64,000 nt of DNA, from assembly GCA_037447605.1 (NCBI GenBank), contig CM074807.1, positions 1,302,001-1,366,000 of the forward strand, given 5' to 3'. This document shows positions 11,959 through 24,600 of the stretch, piece after piece. The translations under genes were made by a program, and so were the position numbers. Source of the DNA: Zygnema circumcarinatum SAG 698-1b (lineage: Eukaryota; Plantae; Zygnematophyceae). The notes beneath the pieces are model-generated. The model did no database searches. It was not told the DNA's origin and saw only the letters and a program-made list of their open reading frames with translations. Each line of letters starts with the position of its first letter. The stretch's first letter is position 1.

Positions 11959-14360
11959 CCCAATCTCATCATCATCATTCATCATTCATCATTCGTTTGA
12001 AAGCATCAAAGGACCCCTGTACACGTGTATCATTAAAAGATAAAGATAAAAATAAGCAAATACGGTTATTGCTAACGTCGTTATAGAGAGACCCCGTCAT
12101 AGAAGAACAGCGCCTAGGACGTCCGAAACAGCATAGAATGAGACCCTCACAAGTTTTGCTGGAAGAGGGAGTGGCTTCACATAGCTCAGTTACAAACAGC
12201 AAGGTGTAGATTGATCATCGCATACCATTAAAGCCGAAGAAATTGTGGAAGTATGATCCCGTAAGCTGCTCTGTGAGGAAGTGCCATTTAAGCTCCACCT
12301 CTTGGTAGCGAGTCAGATCACACTCCTGTGCATTCAGAAAGGTCCACCTGCAGTAAACCCCTCTTTCTTTCTGTCGTTAGCACAACCTGTGCCAGTCAGG
12401 AAAATCACTTCAAATACAATCTTGCCACTTTCTTACACCAGACCTCACACGTGCAGGCCATGCAGCATCTTCACTGTATGACCTATACACATGCGATGAT
12501 ATATGATGGCTGCATCCATCACTTACCTTGTCTGTACAAGGGCCAACTCCGGGTGCTCCTGCTTCCCATTCCATATCCCCGTGGCAGTTTAGAGAAAGGA
12601 TTTTCGCGCAGAGGTGTTTATCTGACGTTCAATTTGAGTTCCAAACTCTTTCCTAAAATACCCTAGTCCAAGCTGTGCCATTCCAGATCTTTCCAAAAGC
12701 GCATAGCACGTATGAATCAATCAGCCAGCCACCACATACAACATGAATAAAAGGCTTATCCGTTCCACCATCAGTAGGCGAATCAACATGGCTGTGATCG
12801 ACGCTTCCTTCCAGAGCTTCATGCACAACTCTTATCTTTGCAAAGCGACTTCAAAGTTTCAAGAGCGAGAAGTTGCTCAAATTCTTGTTGAATCCTTATT
12901 CATTGAACGACCTCAGTCTTACCACAAAGCAACTTTACAAGCATGCTCGGACCCATGCTCAAAACAAGTGACGCAAAGCTTACCTTGAGGTGATGGACTG
13001 TCTTCAGGAGCCAATCAGCCGCAGGTTCAAAGTCGGCATCGAATACAGCGACAAACTCGTAATCTTTAATATACTCTTCCTGCAGTCCTTCACGAAGATT
13101 TCCTGCCTTGAAACCTTTCCTCTTCATGCGTTTCTTGTACACAACATTAACTCCCCGCTTTTGCCACATGTCCACGGCACGCTTCATGCTTTCAGACACA
13201 TCGCGCATGGTACTATCATCCAGCACCTGCATTCAGAATCTTTATATGTCAGAATGCCAATCGCTTGAATCTCTTCCACAGAGGCAGAGTCGGAATAGGC
13301 AAACTGCAGAGAGACAAATCTTAAAAAAGGACCTGAAAAAATCACAAAACATGCAAGCCTTCAAGCACAACCTACGGGGCGTTTTGGAAAAGTGCAATAG
13401 CTAATACAACAGTACACTTTAGGGGGCTCTGCAGACACTACTTGCAAGTGTGACAAGGAAGCCTGACTGACTGACCTGAACGAGAAGGCAATCTGCAGGC
13501 CATGTTAGAGAGCACGCGGCTGCTATTGCTCGAGCATACACCTGTTCAATGGCCCGTAAAATCATCCCGGATAAAGGGGGGAAAGTCAATGTCTGCCAGG
13601 CTTATGCAACATGCAAATTTGAATTTGTTTAAGAATTTGAGAAAGCCTTCTAGGTGGTAAGGTCTTCGTAGTGGGACTCGCAAAGAAAACGGCCTTCGAT
13701 CCTTCCTCCAACATCAGCTTTCACATGGGCAAAATCTATCATACGACCTTGTAAACCTCACCAAGCTCAATCACAGTGAACAAACCCGGGTCGGGTGATG
13801 TCTGATCTTTATCAATCAAGCTTCCAAAGCTTGAGTTTGAGGACAACGGTTGAGACTTCAAAAGTATTTGTGACTCAAAAAACACGAAAATAGCTGCTTG
13901 CTTCCTGCCCATCAAATTGTCCACAAATTGATCCTTGCAAGGTCATGATACCCACCTGCCGTTCGTTATACATGGGTAGCTGCACTACCACTTTCGGATA
14001 TATACTATGGTCAACAACAGCTGTTGGATCAATCGGAAGAGGCTTGGCTACCCATCGGGTGTTTTCCGGAAGCCATTGTCGACCACAGCCGTACAGCCAA
14101 AGACCGGAAATTGTAAGGAACAGGATCTCCGCCCCCGCCACAAAACAGAGAGGATCTAAAATTCTGTGCGTCAAAAAAAAGAGAGGCGGCCCAATGTATT
14201 CCAACACCAAGGCAGCCCACCAGAGCTCAAGAATGCTCCAGTCAGGTTCCATATCCCAAGGGTCATGGAGTGGCTGCTCTCCACTTGACAAAAATAATAC
14301 TGCTGAATCGCCATGTGCCCGTAGAGCCCACACGAACACTAAAAGAGTGATAAGCTGCAT
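9378..14360 (-). CDS. Cellulose synthase-like GT2 glycosyltransferase (CSLA/CSLC-like). Exons: ~14360-13956, 13541-13476, 13226-12984, 12558-12527, 12347-12226, 11912-11776, 11128-11015, 10729-10524, 10391-9771, 9555-9378. Start uncertain.
   Basis: YPKVVVQLPMYNERQVY, QVLDDST, KGFKAGNL, VAVFDADFEP, LALVQTRWTFLN, WHFLTEQ, FFGFNGTAGIWR, TTVEDMD, SELP..YRKQQRRWSSGP (D,D,D,QxxRW intact), EWVVTHKTG, C-terminal FLQAAAFFQMGIGYIGT. The frame is open upstream of the first in-frame ATG (14360) to at least 14468, so an extra 5' exon is possible. Confidence 0.92.
11921..11992. repeat. (CAT)n/(GAT)n microsatellite inside a CSL intron
   Basis: About 10 perfect CAT units plus a degenerate tail. Confidence 0.9.
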
Positions 14361-16189
14361 GGAAATAAGTAAGCCATGCCACCTATTCAGTAAAATCTTC
14401 AAGCCTTTTTTCGTAGTTTTTTTCGCAGCCACAGAGGTGGCTGCTTCTGCTTTTATAAGAAAGAACAAAGATGTTTTTGCCGAGTCTTGTCTCCGACATT
14501 CAACTTCTTTTGCCAGAGAAAAAACATGAAATGGCTAAAGTTGAAAGAGATTGTGGATTATGCCTTCTGCAATGCGGACAAAGTAGGAGCATGTTCAAGG
14601 GAAAGAAGAAGCGAGTGAGGACCAACCATAACGAGGAGCCGCCAGGACTGCAGCAGTGTAAACAGCATAGACGATAGAAGTTGCAACGTACTGCGTGACT
14701 TGAATGAATCAAGCACCAGAATTTCAGCCGCTTCTTCATCTCGAGACTTTGACGGTCCTATGTCCGCTTGCTGAACGCAAAAAAGAGAAAACTTTCAAGA
14801 AAGTTAGGCCATGAAATTCATGAACCTCAACCTGTCTCAGCTGCAACTTGGTTTCTGTACAAGCTTTCAAATCATTGCCATGGAGCTTGGCAGCCAGCAG
14901 TTTATGGCCTAAGTGTCATGTTTTAAGTAGAGGGACAACTTAACTGTTTCTTCATTCATTGGTAGTTCTTTGACGAGGATTCAAAATGAATTCAGATATT
15001 CTCAGGGATAATAGAAGCACATGCTGTGAGAATGTTGAGAGAAATTCATTCTAGGCTACCAAATTATATTAAATTTTGTCCAGAATCTAGAGAGGTTCTG
15101 ATAGAAGGGATGTCCATCGTGGAACAAATAAAGTTCTGACTGCGGTATGATCGTGGAGCAGTGTGTTTAGTCTACTTTAGTCAAATATCTGTAAGCTTGA
15201 GCGTCCGTCAGCTGAATTAAAAAACCGCCTGCTCCCATTGCTTTCAAATGCTCGGAAACTCATTTGCAGCCACTGCAGTAAGACTGCCGATGGGATTCAA
15301 TGGTGAAAGGAGGGCCATTCCCGACATTTCACACGGATTTACCTTATAACAGCCGTTTCTGCTTAATGGGAGCTTATCATCTGCAACAGGCATGGCTGAA
15401 GTTCTTCTCACCCTCCTGTTCACTTGTAAGCTATGCATGCACGCGGAAAGTGTCCTGCGTACAATGCTCCTTGTCTCAGCCCGCCTTGAAATATCTCCAC
15501 GATTGACCATTCACTTCAACTGCCAGGCCATGTTTTCCGGGAACTGTCCCCCAACTCATAGACTGCGATTTTTTAATAGATCATCCATCAAAAGACTAGT
15601 ATAAGCCCTCTCTCCTCTGCTGCGCGTCCGCAGCACAAACGCTAACAGCCAGTAGCACACCCTCGTCCGTTCACAGAATGCTCTCCCACGCAGCCCACAC
15701 CATGTGACAGCACCAAGCTGCACCTGCACCCGCTGCAGCTCCAACGCCTCCTTCCGTTGTTCCAGATGCCCTGCTTTCAGCACCATTGATCGAGCTTCTG
15801 CAATCCTGCAAGCAGGCTGCGCTGCCTCCCACCCGCCAGGCCTCGTCCAAGGAGGCAGGCAGCCAGGCAGCTGCGATGAGGACCTACACTGCACTACCCT
15901 GCCTTAGGGAGGGGGGGGGAGGGGGCGGTCTACTCCTCTGCTGGCCTGCCACGTGGACACGTCCCGTCACCCCCGCCAATCAGCGTGACGGAAAAAGCCG
16001 TTTGTTTACCAACGTGGCAGGTGGGGGCCAATAGGATGTCGCGGGAGGTGCTGCGGTTCGACAACTGGAAGGTTTGCAACTGGAAACTGAGTTTGAGAGG
16101 GGTTTGCGGCCCGTGATATGACGTCATGCACATATCAGTGATTCTGTACGGTTTATCCATCGTACCGTACGAACACATCATTTCCCGGC

Positions 16190-16919
16190 TAGTGCTAAAT
16201 TCACACCTTTTCTGTCTACAGACTCTACGCACAGACCTTTTTCGAAGGGCAGATTTTAAAATAGACAAAAAGGGATTAAAAACGGAAAATGCTTTTTTCA
16301 TACCTTTCTGGGATCGATACAACCTTTTTCCGTTGGGCAGATTCTATTTCACAAAAAAAATCCCAAAAAAAAAGCCGGAGAGCTCCGCAAAATTTTGAGC
16401 TGGCTGGCCGGCCAGCGGCGGCTCAGATTTGACAACCGGAAGCCAATCACCACCTGCCACGTGTCCTTGCATATTACGTGTAAATTGTGTTTGGTCCGGG
16501 CTCTCAATTTTAAAAAAATGTAAGGTATTTCGCCTTTCCTCGAAGCTGCTACCGTACAGCCTTGGTACGGAACCCAATTTGGGCCGGCTTTGGCGAAACA
16601 CGTGAGCACGTGCCATTCGCTGGGACCGAGGTAGGTGGCAGATCTAACGGTGATCTGCCACGGTGCGATCTGCGAGTTAATCGACGGCAGAGATATACCG
16701 CACGTGTGAAGGACGCACATCCGCGAACGATCTCGTGGTATCATTTTTCCTTTTTTGTTAAGTAAAATCTGCCCGACGGAAAAAGGTGTGTATCGATTCC
16801 AAAAAGGTGTGAGAAAAGCAATTTCCGTTTTTAGTCCTTTTTTGTCTATTTTTAAATCTGCCAGGCGAAAAAAGGTCTGTGTTTGCTGTCTAGACAAAAA
16901 TGTTTTGAATTTAGCACTA
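16190..16919. mobile_element. Non-autonomous foldback/MITE-like element with ~170-bp imperfect inverted repeats (hAT-like TAGTG termini)
   Basis: TAGTGCTAAATTC at 16190 and GAATTTAGCACTA ending 16919. Arms 16190-16360 and ~16750-16919 are reverse complements (e.g. gcagattttaaaatagacaaaaaggg vs ccttttttgtctatttttaaatctgc). No 8-bp TSD found. Confidence 0.75.
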
Positions 16920-17009
16920 CAGTAGACCCCCCCAATATTTTCGCCCCTCTTATTTTCGCTACCCAATATTTTCGCCCTGATTTTGCCAAAACCACTTTTT
17001 TGTACGGTG

Positions 17010-17170
17010 TTAGCCTACTGACCGTACTGACCGTACTAGTCAAACTGTACTAGGCTTACGATTCGTACTAGCCGTATTGACCGTACTGTACTAGGCTTAA
17101 GAGCCGTACTAGCCGTATTAGCCGTACTGTACTAACCTTACTAGCCGTACTAGCTGTACTAGCCGTTACG
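17010..17170. repeat. 9-bp minisatellite ([a/g][g/a]ccgtact-like) inside MITE copy 1
   Basis: Repeated tagccgtac / tgaccgtac units. Confidence 0.85.
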
Positions 17171-17764
17171 GGCTCAACGACTCTTCCCGCACGGGCCGCC
17201 GTAAGAGGCGCTCGCTCCTCTCCTCTTCTTCTGGGCTTCGATACGGTACAATACGATACGATACGTACGAACAAACAGTAACTCTAACCTAATACCGCCC
17301 GCCTATTGTTAACACGGACACCCTTATATTTTCGCAACCCAATATTTTCGCCCAATATTTGCCGAAACCATGGCGAAAATATTGGGGGGGTGTAGCGTAA
17401 CGGAGCTGCGTTCGACGGATCTGCGTCAGTTCAATTGTACTTGACATATGCCTCTTCCGTGTCACGAATCAGCGGAATCCAGGAGCTGCCAACGGAGATT
17501 GAGAGAAGGCGGCGCCATGCGTTGGCGGCCCACGGAACGGCACACTATCCAGCAAGGCGCACTCGGGAACACCGCCTAAGGCCGCCGATTATCATTCGTT
17601 GNNNNNNNNNNAGCACGGACGCGCGAGTGGCCGTACAGCACCTGCAACTAGCTCAGCAGTCTTCTCTTAACCCCACTTATCTTGGTATCAGAGCTGAAGG
17701 TTTTGCAGATCCACGTACCTTGATACGTGAGGCTGCCGATCCCGTGACCCGTGTCACAGCCGCT

Positions 17765-19430
17765 ATGGATGAAGAGCTGCAACAAGAGGGACAAGCAGAT
17801 CTTCATGAGTATTCAGATGGAGACTTGGGACCTCAAGAAGAACAGGCGATCCGAAATCCAAGGACGGATTCAGACTCAGAGGAAGAAGCAGTCAGAGAGA
17901 GACTGAAGATGGGCATCACCGAAGAGAACCTGTATCCCAGTCTGGCTTACCTTGAGCATATCGAGTCGATTGAAGAGCTGCAGCGACTCCATCTAGGCAG
18001 TGATGGCCACAAACTTCGCTGGCAATATGCACGCCGGATGATTAAGCTTGCAGCCTGCCCAGTCGCTGTCACAGCCGCAGATGCCGTGAAGAGAGGAGTG
18101 CCGTTCGAACCTGATGTCCCCACCGCGGCCCACCAGAGACAGATGCCACGGGAGCTCAGTCGGATAACTACTGCACCAGGAGTCCCTTCAAGCACAGCAG
18201 CGGCACGCAGTCCGACAGCAGAGCAAGGGATTCCCCAGAAGACACCCTCACCTCCGGCGTTCACAACTTACCCATCCGGCAGCCCCAGGCGAGCGGCTTC
18301 AGGGGCAAGGGCAGGACGATTGCAAGGACCCTCCAGCTTTCGCACCAACCTGCAGAGAAGCACACGAGTCAGGTCTGAGTTTCCCAGCAAGATGGAAGAG
18401 ATGATGACCAAATTGATAGCAATGATTCCTGAAAAGAGTGAGGTGAGGGATACCACGGGCATCATCACAAGAGGCTTCACCGGCAAGTAGGAAGATGCAG
18501 AAGCATGGTTGAGACACCTTGAGGAGAAGGCAGCGCAAGCAGACCTGAAGGAGGACCAATGGATCAAGCTGGCCCTTGGAGCGCTGGAAGGAGAGGNNNN
18601 NNNNNNCCATCAGCGAGAAGGATCTCCATCTGGATCGTGAGCTGCGCGATAACCCACCAGCAGATGCCCAGGCCTTGTTAGAAGGGCAGAGCGAATTCAG
18701 AAGGATCAAGAGAGAGGCAACCGACATGTACGACCACATTACATGAACGCTACAGATCCACGACAAGATCGACTCTACCAGCAGTTCCTGAAGACACAGA
18801 ATCAGCAGTTGTATGATCCCTACGCTACATCTACTCGGAACAAGCCATCTTTCTCCGGCATCCCTGCTCAGGACGTCCGGGCAGCCCCTATGGTGCAGCC
18901 TCTGGCTATAGCCAGCGCGACCAAGCCCCTTCCCCTTTCCCCATACCCTCATGATCCGGCGCATCCCATTGAGCCGGCGGTGAATCCTCACATACCAGAT
19001 GTTTCTCGTCCAGGATATCGGGCTCCTTATTCCGATCGCACACCCGAAGAGAGAGAAGCTGCCAGGGCCGATCTGCGCCGTCGGATGACAGAGGCAGGGG
19101 TTCCAGAGGGCGTCTGTCTTGCCTGCGGCCTGAATCATAATCCGCGGCTGCGTTGCGGACCATGGACCTGCACCTTCTGCCAGATCACGGGACATGATGC
19201 CCGTGTGTGCATGCGGAGACTCTCAAGTGAGAAGGCCCGAAAGGGGAAAGAGGCAGCAGCAGGGAGCTCACCTGCAGAGATCACCTTCATGGATATGCTC
19301 CCGGCTGCTCCCACACCACCGAGAACTCCGGCTCCCTTTCGCCCGCCTCCACCTCCTTCACCCGCTTACACCATCCTGCAACGTCCGCCCATCCACCTGC
19401 ACCCCATGGACTCCCCTTCACGACAAAGCG
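17765..19430 (+). pseudogene. Family A gag (in-frame stop at 18488-18490, assembly gap, truncated by the family B insertion)
   Basis: MDEELQQ... FTGK*EDAEAWLRHLEE..W..LALGALEG capsid-like segment; Cys/His knuckles CLACGLNHNPRLRC and CTFCQITGHDARVC. Confidence 0.8.
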
Positions 19431-21580
19431 TAGCCCAGCTTCTGATCACCCACGGAGGTGTACCCAGAAGCGCTCCGTCTAGTACTCTCACCCGAGCTGA
19501 GCCGAGTAGCCCAAGTCGGGGACCTACAAGACGGGGAAGGGTCACAAGGATGAACGCTGCGAAGGTTACGAGGTTGATGCGGTATGACATCTTGAACGCT
19601 CCTTATGTATCAGCGTCGCCCGATGTGATGAGGATCACGGAATCCGACCACATCTTCCTTACGATTTTGGAGCGTAGCTGCCGTCGTCGTACAATTACGG
19701 GTTACCGTTGATGCGAACCCGATTTGTCGGACCCAGCGCGCCCGCGCTGGCGCGAGGATCGACCGTGCACCGGCGATGCGGCGGCGCCCGCGCGTCGCGG
19801 CGTACGCCGCGTCTGATGGCGTTCGTCGTTGTACACCTCGACCCATTCGTGTCGAGAGAGGACGATAGCGATCTGCCATTGGACAGCCATGCTTCCAATC
19901 CTCCATCTTTGGTAGGAGGAGGTCCAGCGGGGAAGCGTAAGGGGGCGAGGGTGACATCGTCACCCAGCGAGCATGCCGGCATTCGGTTGCACCTGCCGGG
20001 GCTGCGCCACTCTCTGAAGCTTTCTCTCTCTTGCTCTCTCTCTCGCTGAACTCGGAGTGCTGGTGTGTGATTCCGCGCAGACTGAAGAGGCGGTTTTCAG
20101 TCGTTACATTTGGTATCTGAGCCGCGTTGCGGCCTTCTCTTTGACAGAGAACCTGCGGGTCATGGTGACCACTCGCCGGGCCGGAGGGGACCCGGGGCCC
20201 TCGGGGCCACCACCTCCACCTTTCCCGGGGCGGGTGATGGAGAGAACTTCGAGCTGCGGCCACTCCCAGGGCCCAGTCGAAACTGAATGACCAAAGGTCA
20301 TCCGTGGCTAACTACCCTCCCTCCCGCTCCACGGGCCGTGGCTCAGCGAGGCGATCACGATCCCATGATGGGGCCCACATCACGGTGGGCGTCCACAAAG
20401 ATGAAGAAGAGGATCGGCCAGGCGGATGTAGGCGGCGGCCGTCGCCGCATGCTTTGTACGAGGCAGTGGGCGACATAGAGCTCACCAGTCCGCCGCTTTG
20501 GTGAACCACGCTCCAAATAGGTTCAGGCCTTTGGACAGGCTCGGAGGATGAAGGTATGCCCGGAGCCCTGTTTGTAGAAGCGTGGATGCGTGAGTCACGG
20601 GGAAGGGGTTAGGCAAACCACTCGGTAGCGTCGTCTGTCAGAGCGCCCCAACCCATAGCTGATGCGTCGAGATCGGACCCACGGTTTTTCCGCAGTCCTG
20701 CAGGGTGGCGAACCACCAGCTGATGGGAGACCCGTGAAGAGCTGTGCTGAGGCGGAGGAAGATCGATCTCGGATTGCTCTCCCGCAACCTCTTGAGGATG
20801 CCAGCGGAATGTCCGGGCCGTTGGCCAGCTTTCCTTTTTAGGCCCGGGAACATCCTACCCACACGGACTGCCGATTGGCGAGTGGTTGCGTCAGCGAAGG
20901 GATTACCTTCTTGCGACCAAGCTGTCCCCCCACCTCCAGGTGGGTAAGCTTTAACACTACAGCACTCGAAGGAAACGCGCTCTGTGAGTGTGTATGAGGG
21001 CCTCTCACGATGAATTGGGGACGATTGGGATAAGTTGAGGAGATGAACTTATCCAAACGCACAGGGCCTTGGATCGGCTTGGAGGCCGGGGATAAGTTTG
21101 AACATGGTCCAAACCCGGCGTCAGCAATTTGGGGCCAGGCCGGTGATGGAATACACCACTCGAAGCACAGACCCAGGCTGAGTTCTTTCCCGCCGAAGGA
21201 ATGGCTTGAAGCCACGAGGAAAGCGACTAGAACCAACCCCACGGACTGCGAGCCGTGGGACCCGTGACTTCACGGTACGTACTTTGATGCAGCCATTGAT
21301 TTGGACACACTGCGGGCGTCGCGAGGCCCTTCCCGACCCGGAGGTGGGCGGCGTTCTGAGGGTGCGTGGAAGGCGGGACCCTCGGCTCTGCCAAACTGGC
21401 GAGGAAAGATATAGCGAGCGGCCGGAAGTAGCTGCCCGCCCACTAACTACTGCGGCCTTGAAGTTGACTCGGAGGAAATGGAAGAAGATGCGGCGGAGAA
21501 CAAGTGTTTCATTTGCCGCGGGAGGGGCATAAGGCCCGGGATTGCCCTCTCAACACCAAGGACAAGAAGGGCAAGGGGCC

Positions 21581-21624
21581 GGAAAACCCCAACCCACCAG
21601 CAGCTTAGGGGTCGTTGCTGGTGG
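21581..21624 (+). promoter_or_regulatory. Putative -1 ribosomal frameshift signal (G GAA AAC + spacer + hairpin) at the family B gag/pol junction
   Basis: GGAAAAC at 21581-21587, then the stem CCACCAGCAGC / GTTGCTGGTGG with the gag TAG in the loop. The -1 frame is open to 22141. The same arrangement occurs at 45255-45299. Confidence 0.7.
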
Positions 21625-24600
21625 ACATGCTAGGCTAGGGGGAGGGAATGGGGCTGCCATCAAGGATAAAAGACTCTTGTTTCTTAGAACCCTGGACATT
21701 CTTAACTTGGTGGGCAGGCCTTTGGGAGTGCAAGATCTCTTTGTGTTTGATGTACTCCCTTCTTCCATTTCTCTTTCCCCTGCCACTGTAGTGACTCCTT
21801 CTGGGTTTATGGATGTAGTGATGAATGGTGATTGGCATGTCTTTATCCTCAATGTCATGGGCGATGATGTTCTCATGCAATGTGCCATGGATGCTTTGCA
21901 TGTCATGGGAAACACCTCCCATATCCTTGGGCTGCGTAATGCTGGTTCCTCGGCACTTGGCGGTCGCGCGCACTTTCCCAAGCCACTGGCGGTTGGTGGC
22001 AGTGAGAAGAGGCATAAGCTAGTGCGGGGCGATGGAAGGATCCACGGTTCAGTTGGATCCCCTGCTGGTGTGGAGGGCTGTCGTCCTCACCCTACTTTAT
22101 ATAGTGCGATCCATGTTCCATCTTGCCCTTCGTCGCGGTGACCTTCATCGGGTCGACCAGCCAGCCCACCCAGTTCTCTTGCTAGATCTTGGGAGCAGAT
22201 GCCCCAACTTTGTGGTCTGTATTCACCAGCTGATTTAGGTTGACCAATACGGATCCCCATTCGAGAAAGTGTTACTTTGGGGATGGGCCATAAGGAGCGA
22301 GATCTCACGGTAGCGTCACACACTCAAGATCAAGCTCAATCCTACTGCAGAGGCGTGAAGTGCCTTACGACACAAGCCCAGCCCTTTGGAGCGGATGTTA
22401 TTTTAGGGAGTGCTTGATTTAACCATGGTCAAAGCCCAATTGGACTTTTTCCAACCCTGCTTGTATTACATGCGGTGGGATAGAAGCGCATCACCTTTGC
22501 ACCACGGCAAACCCACATCCCACTTCTTGATCAGCGGGTGATAATCATATCTCACACTTTCATTGCTCTGATTAGCTAAGCAGTGGGGAGAACGCACCTT
22601 GTTCATGTGGTGCATGTCATGGCGCCGGATGTTCATGGCAGCGAAGATCAAGAATGGCGGATCCATCTCTGGATGTGCTCTCTCATTTGTTCGTCTCCGG
22701 ATCCAACCTCTGTTGGATGAGTTCAGGGATGTCTTCCCTGACGACCTTCCAAGAGGGTTGCCCCCATCGAGAGGGGTGGGGCACACAATCCCTCTTGAGC
22801 CTGAGCAAAAGCCGCCTTGGCGGCCGATCTATCGGTTAAGTCGAAAGAAACCGAAGGAAATAAATGCTTGATTGACTACTTACACACTGCGGGACAAGAG
22901 GCTGGATAGAGCCCGGCCAAGAAGCCCTTTGAGCCCATCTTGTTGTAGGCAAGAAAAGTGGTTGGGTGAGGATGTGCATTGATTATCGCGCACTCAACAA
23001 GATCACTGTAAAGAATCGATTTGCTTTACCACGTATCGACGATCTGTTGGATCGTCTTCACGGCGCCAAAGTGTTCACATCACTTGATCTTGCTCAGGGG
23101 TATCATCAGATCCGCGTCACGGAAGCTGATGTGCCAAAAACTGCGTTCCGGACGCCCATTGGTCATTTCCAATATAAGGTGTTGCCCTTTGGATTGACTA
23201 ATGCTCAGGCAACTTTCCAGGCTCTCATGAACGAGATGTTCATCAACATGGACGAATTTGTTTTGGTTTTACGCACCGATGATATCGCTTGTCTTGGTAA
23301 GGCAGAGGAGGAACATCTGAACCGTTAGGAAGAAGTGTTTGAGACCAGGAAACACGATTTTTGTATACCAAGAGAAAAAGTGTCACTTCATGCAGCGCGA
23401 GTTGCTTTATCTTGGGCATATCCTCAATGATCAGGGTCTTCGACCTGATCCTGCCAAAGTTTCAGCGGTAGAAACTTGGGCACCACCGACTGACTTGCAT
23501 CAGTTAAGGTCTTTTCTGGGCTTTGCGAATTATTTTCGTAAATTCATCCAAGGGTTTAGTAAGTTGGTTACTCCCTTGACTAATTTGACACGTTCCGGTG
23601 TCCCCTTTACATGGACCCCTGAATGCCAGGATGCATTCGAAGGTGTGCGCCATGCACTTGTTACCGCACCCACTCTCCGTTTAGCGGACCCGTCCAAGCC
23701 TTATGAAGTGGTTTGTGATGCTTCGGGATTCGCCTTGGGTGCCGTCTTGTTTCAAGATGGCCAACCTTTAGCGTATGAAAGCCGCAAAATGAATCCCGCT
23801 GAGCGCAACTATTCTGCAACAGAACAGGAACTGCTTGCAGTGGTCCACGCCCTGAGGACATGGCGGTGCTATTTAGAGGCTGGCAGTCCCAGTCACTTGA
23901 CCACACGCCCCTTCACGTTCCTCGACCGCCAGACTACGTATGCAGGCGGCGAACACGCTGATGCGAAGTTCCTCAAGAGTTTTATTTGCCGATGGGTTTT
24001 ATGGGAAAGTACGAATATGGAACCCACTGAGTAGGCAGCCACCGGCCTCTTGCACGGATGATAGTGCGCTCGTCATTTCGAGTGTTGGTGGAGCGAGATG
24101 GCCAAGGAGTGAGAGGCGGCCAACCCCAGAAGTCTCCGTCTCGGTATGCTTTGTCATAGATCCCTCCACCAGTGNCGNNNTNNNCNNTCCNGNTNTCNNN
24201 GNNNTNNNNNNNNNNNNNNNNNNNNNNTNTNNNNNTNNNNNTNNNNNNNNNNNTNGCCAAGGTAATGGCTATAAGGACAAAGTGGTGTCTAAGGACGGAT
24301 TCTGGTACCACGGCCAGCGGTTGGTCGTGCCCAAGGCGGGGCATGCGGCTGACTCTTTTAGGTGAGCTACACTTGATCCTCCGTGCGAGGTCACATGGGG
24401 TTGCCAAAGCAGAGGTGACACTACTCCGAGAGTTACGGTGGCTGGACTCTCGGGGATGTAGAAAGCATTAATAGCCTTTCGCTTGTCCCACTTGTCCAGC
24501 GAAACAAACCCGCCTTTGGCGGGGATCCACGGCCGCATCCCCCTCACACCTCCTTTTCGGAAATGGGACAGTGTGGGTATGGACTTGATCACAGATCTTC

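Noticed and set aside
11667-12043. Poly-Asp and poly-His ORFs
   Set aside because: Translations of an intronic (CAT)n microsatellite.
21603-21611. Ty1-type +1 frameshift site CTTAGG
   Set aside because: CTT-AGG is not in the gag frame (gag reads GCT TAG). The -1 signal explains the frames better.
24175-24255. Odd N-interspersed low-complexity tract, and 10-N gaps at ~17602, ~18597, ~45972, ~46730
   Set aside because: Assembly gaps, not biology. True element lengths across them are unknown.
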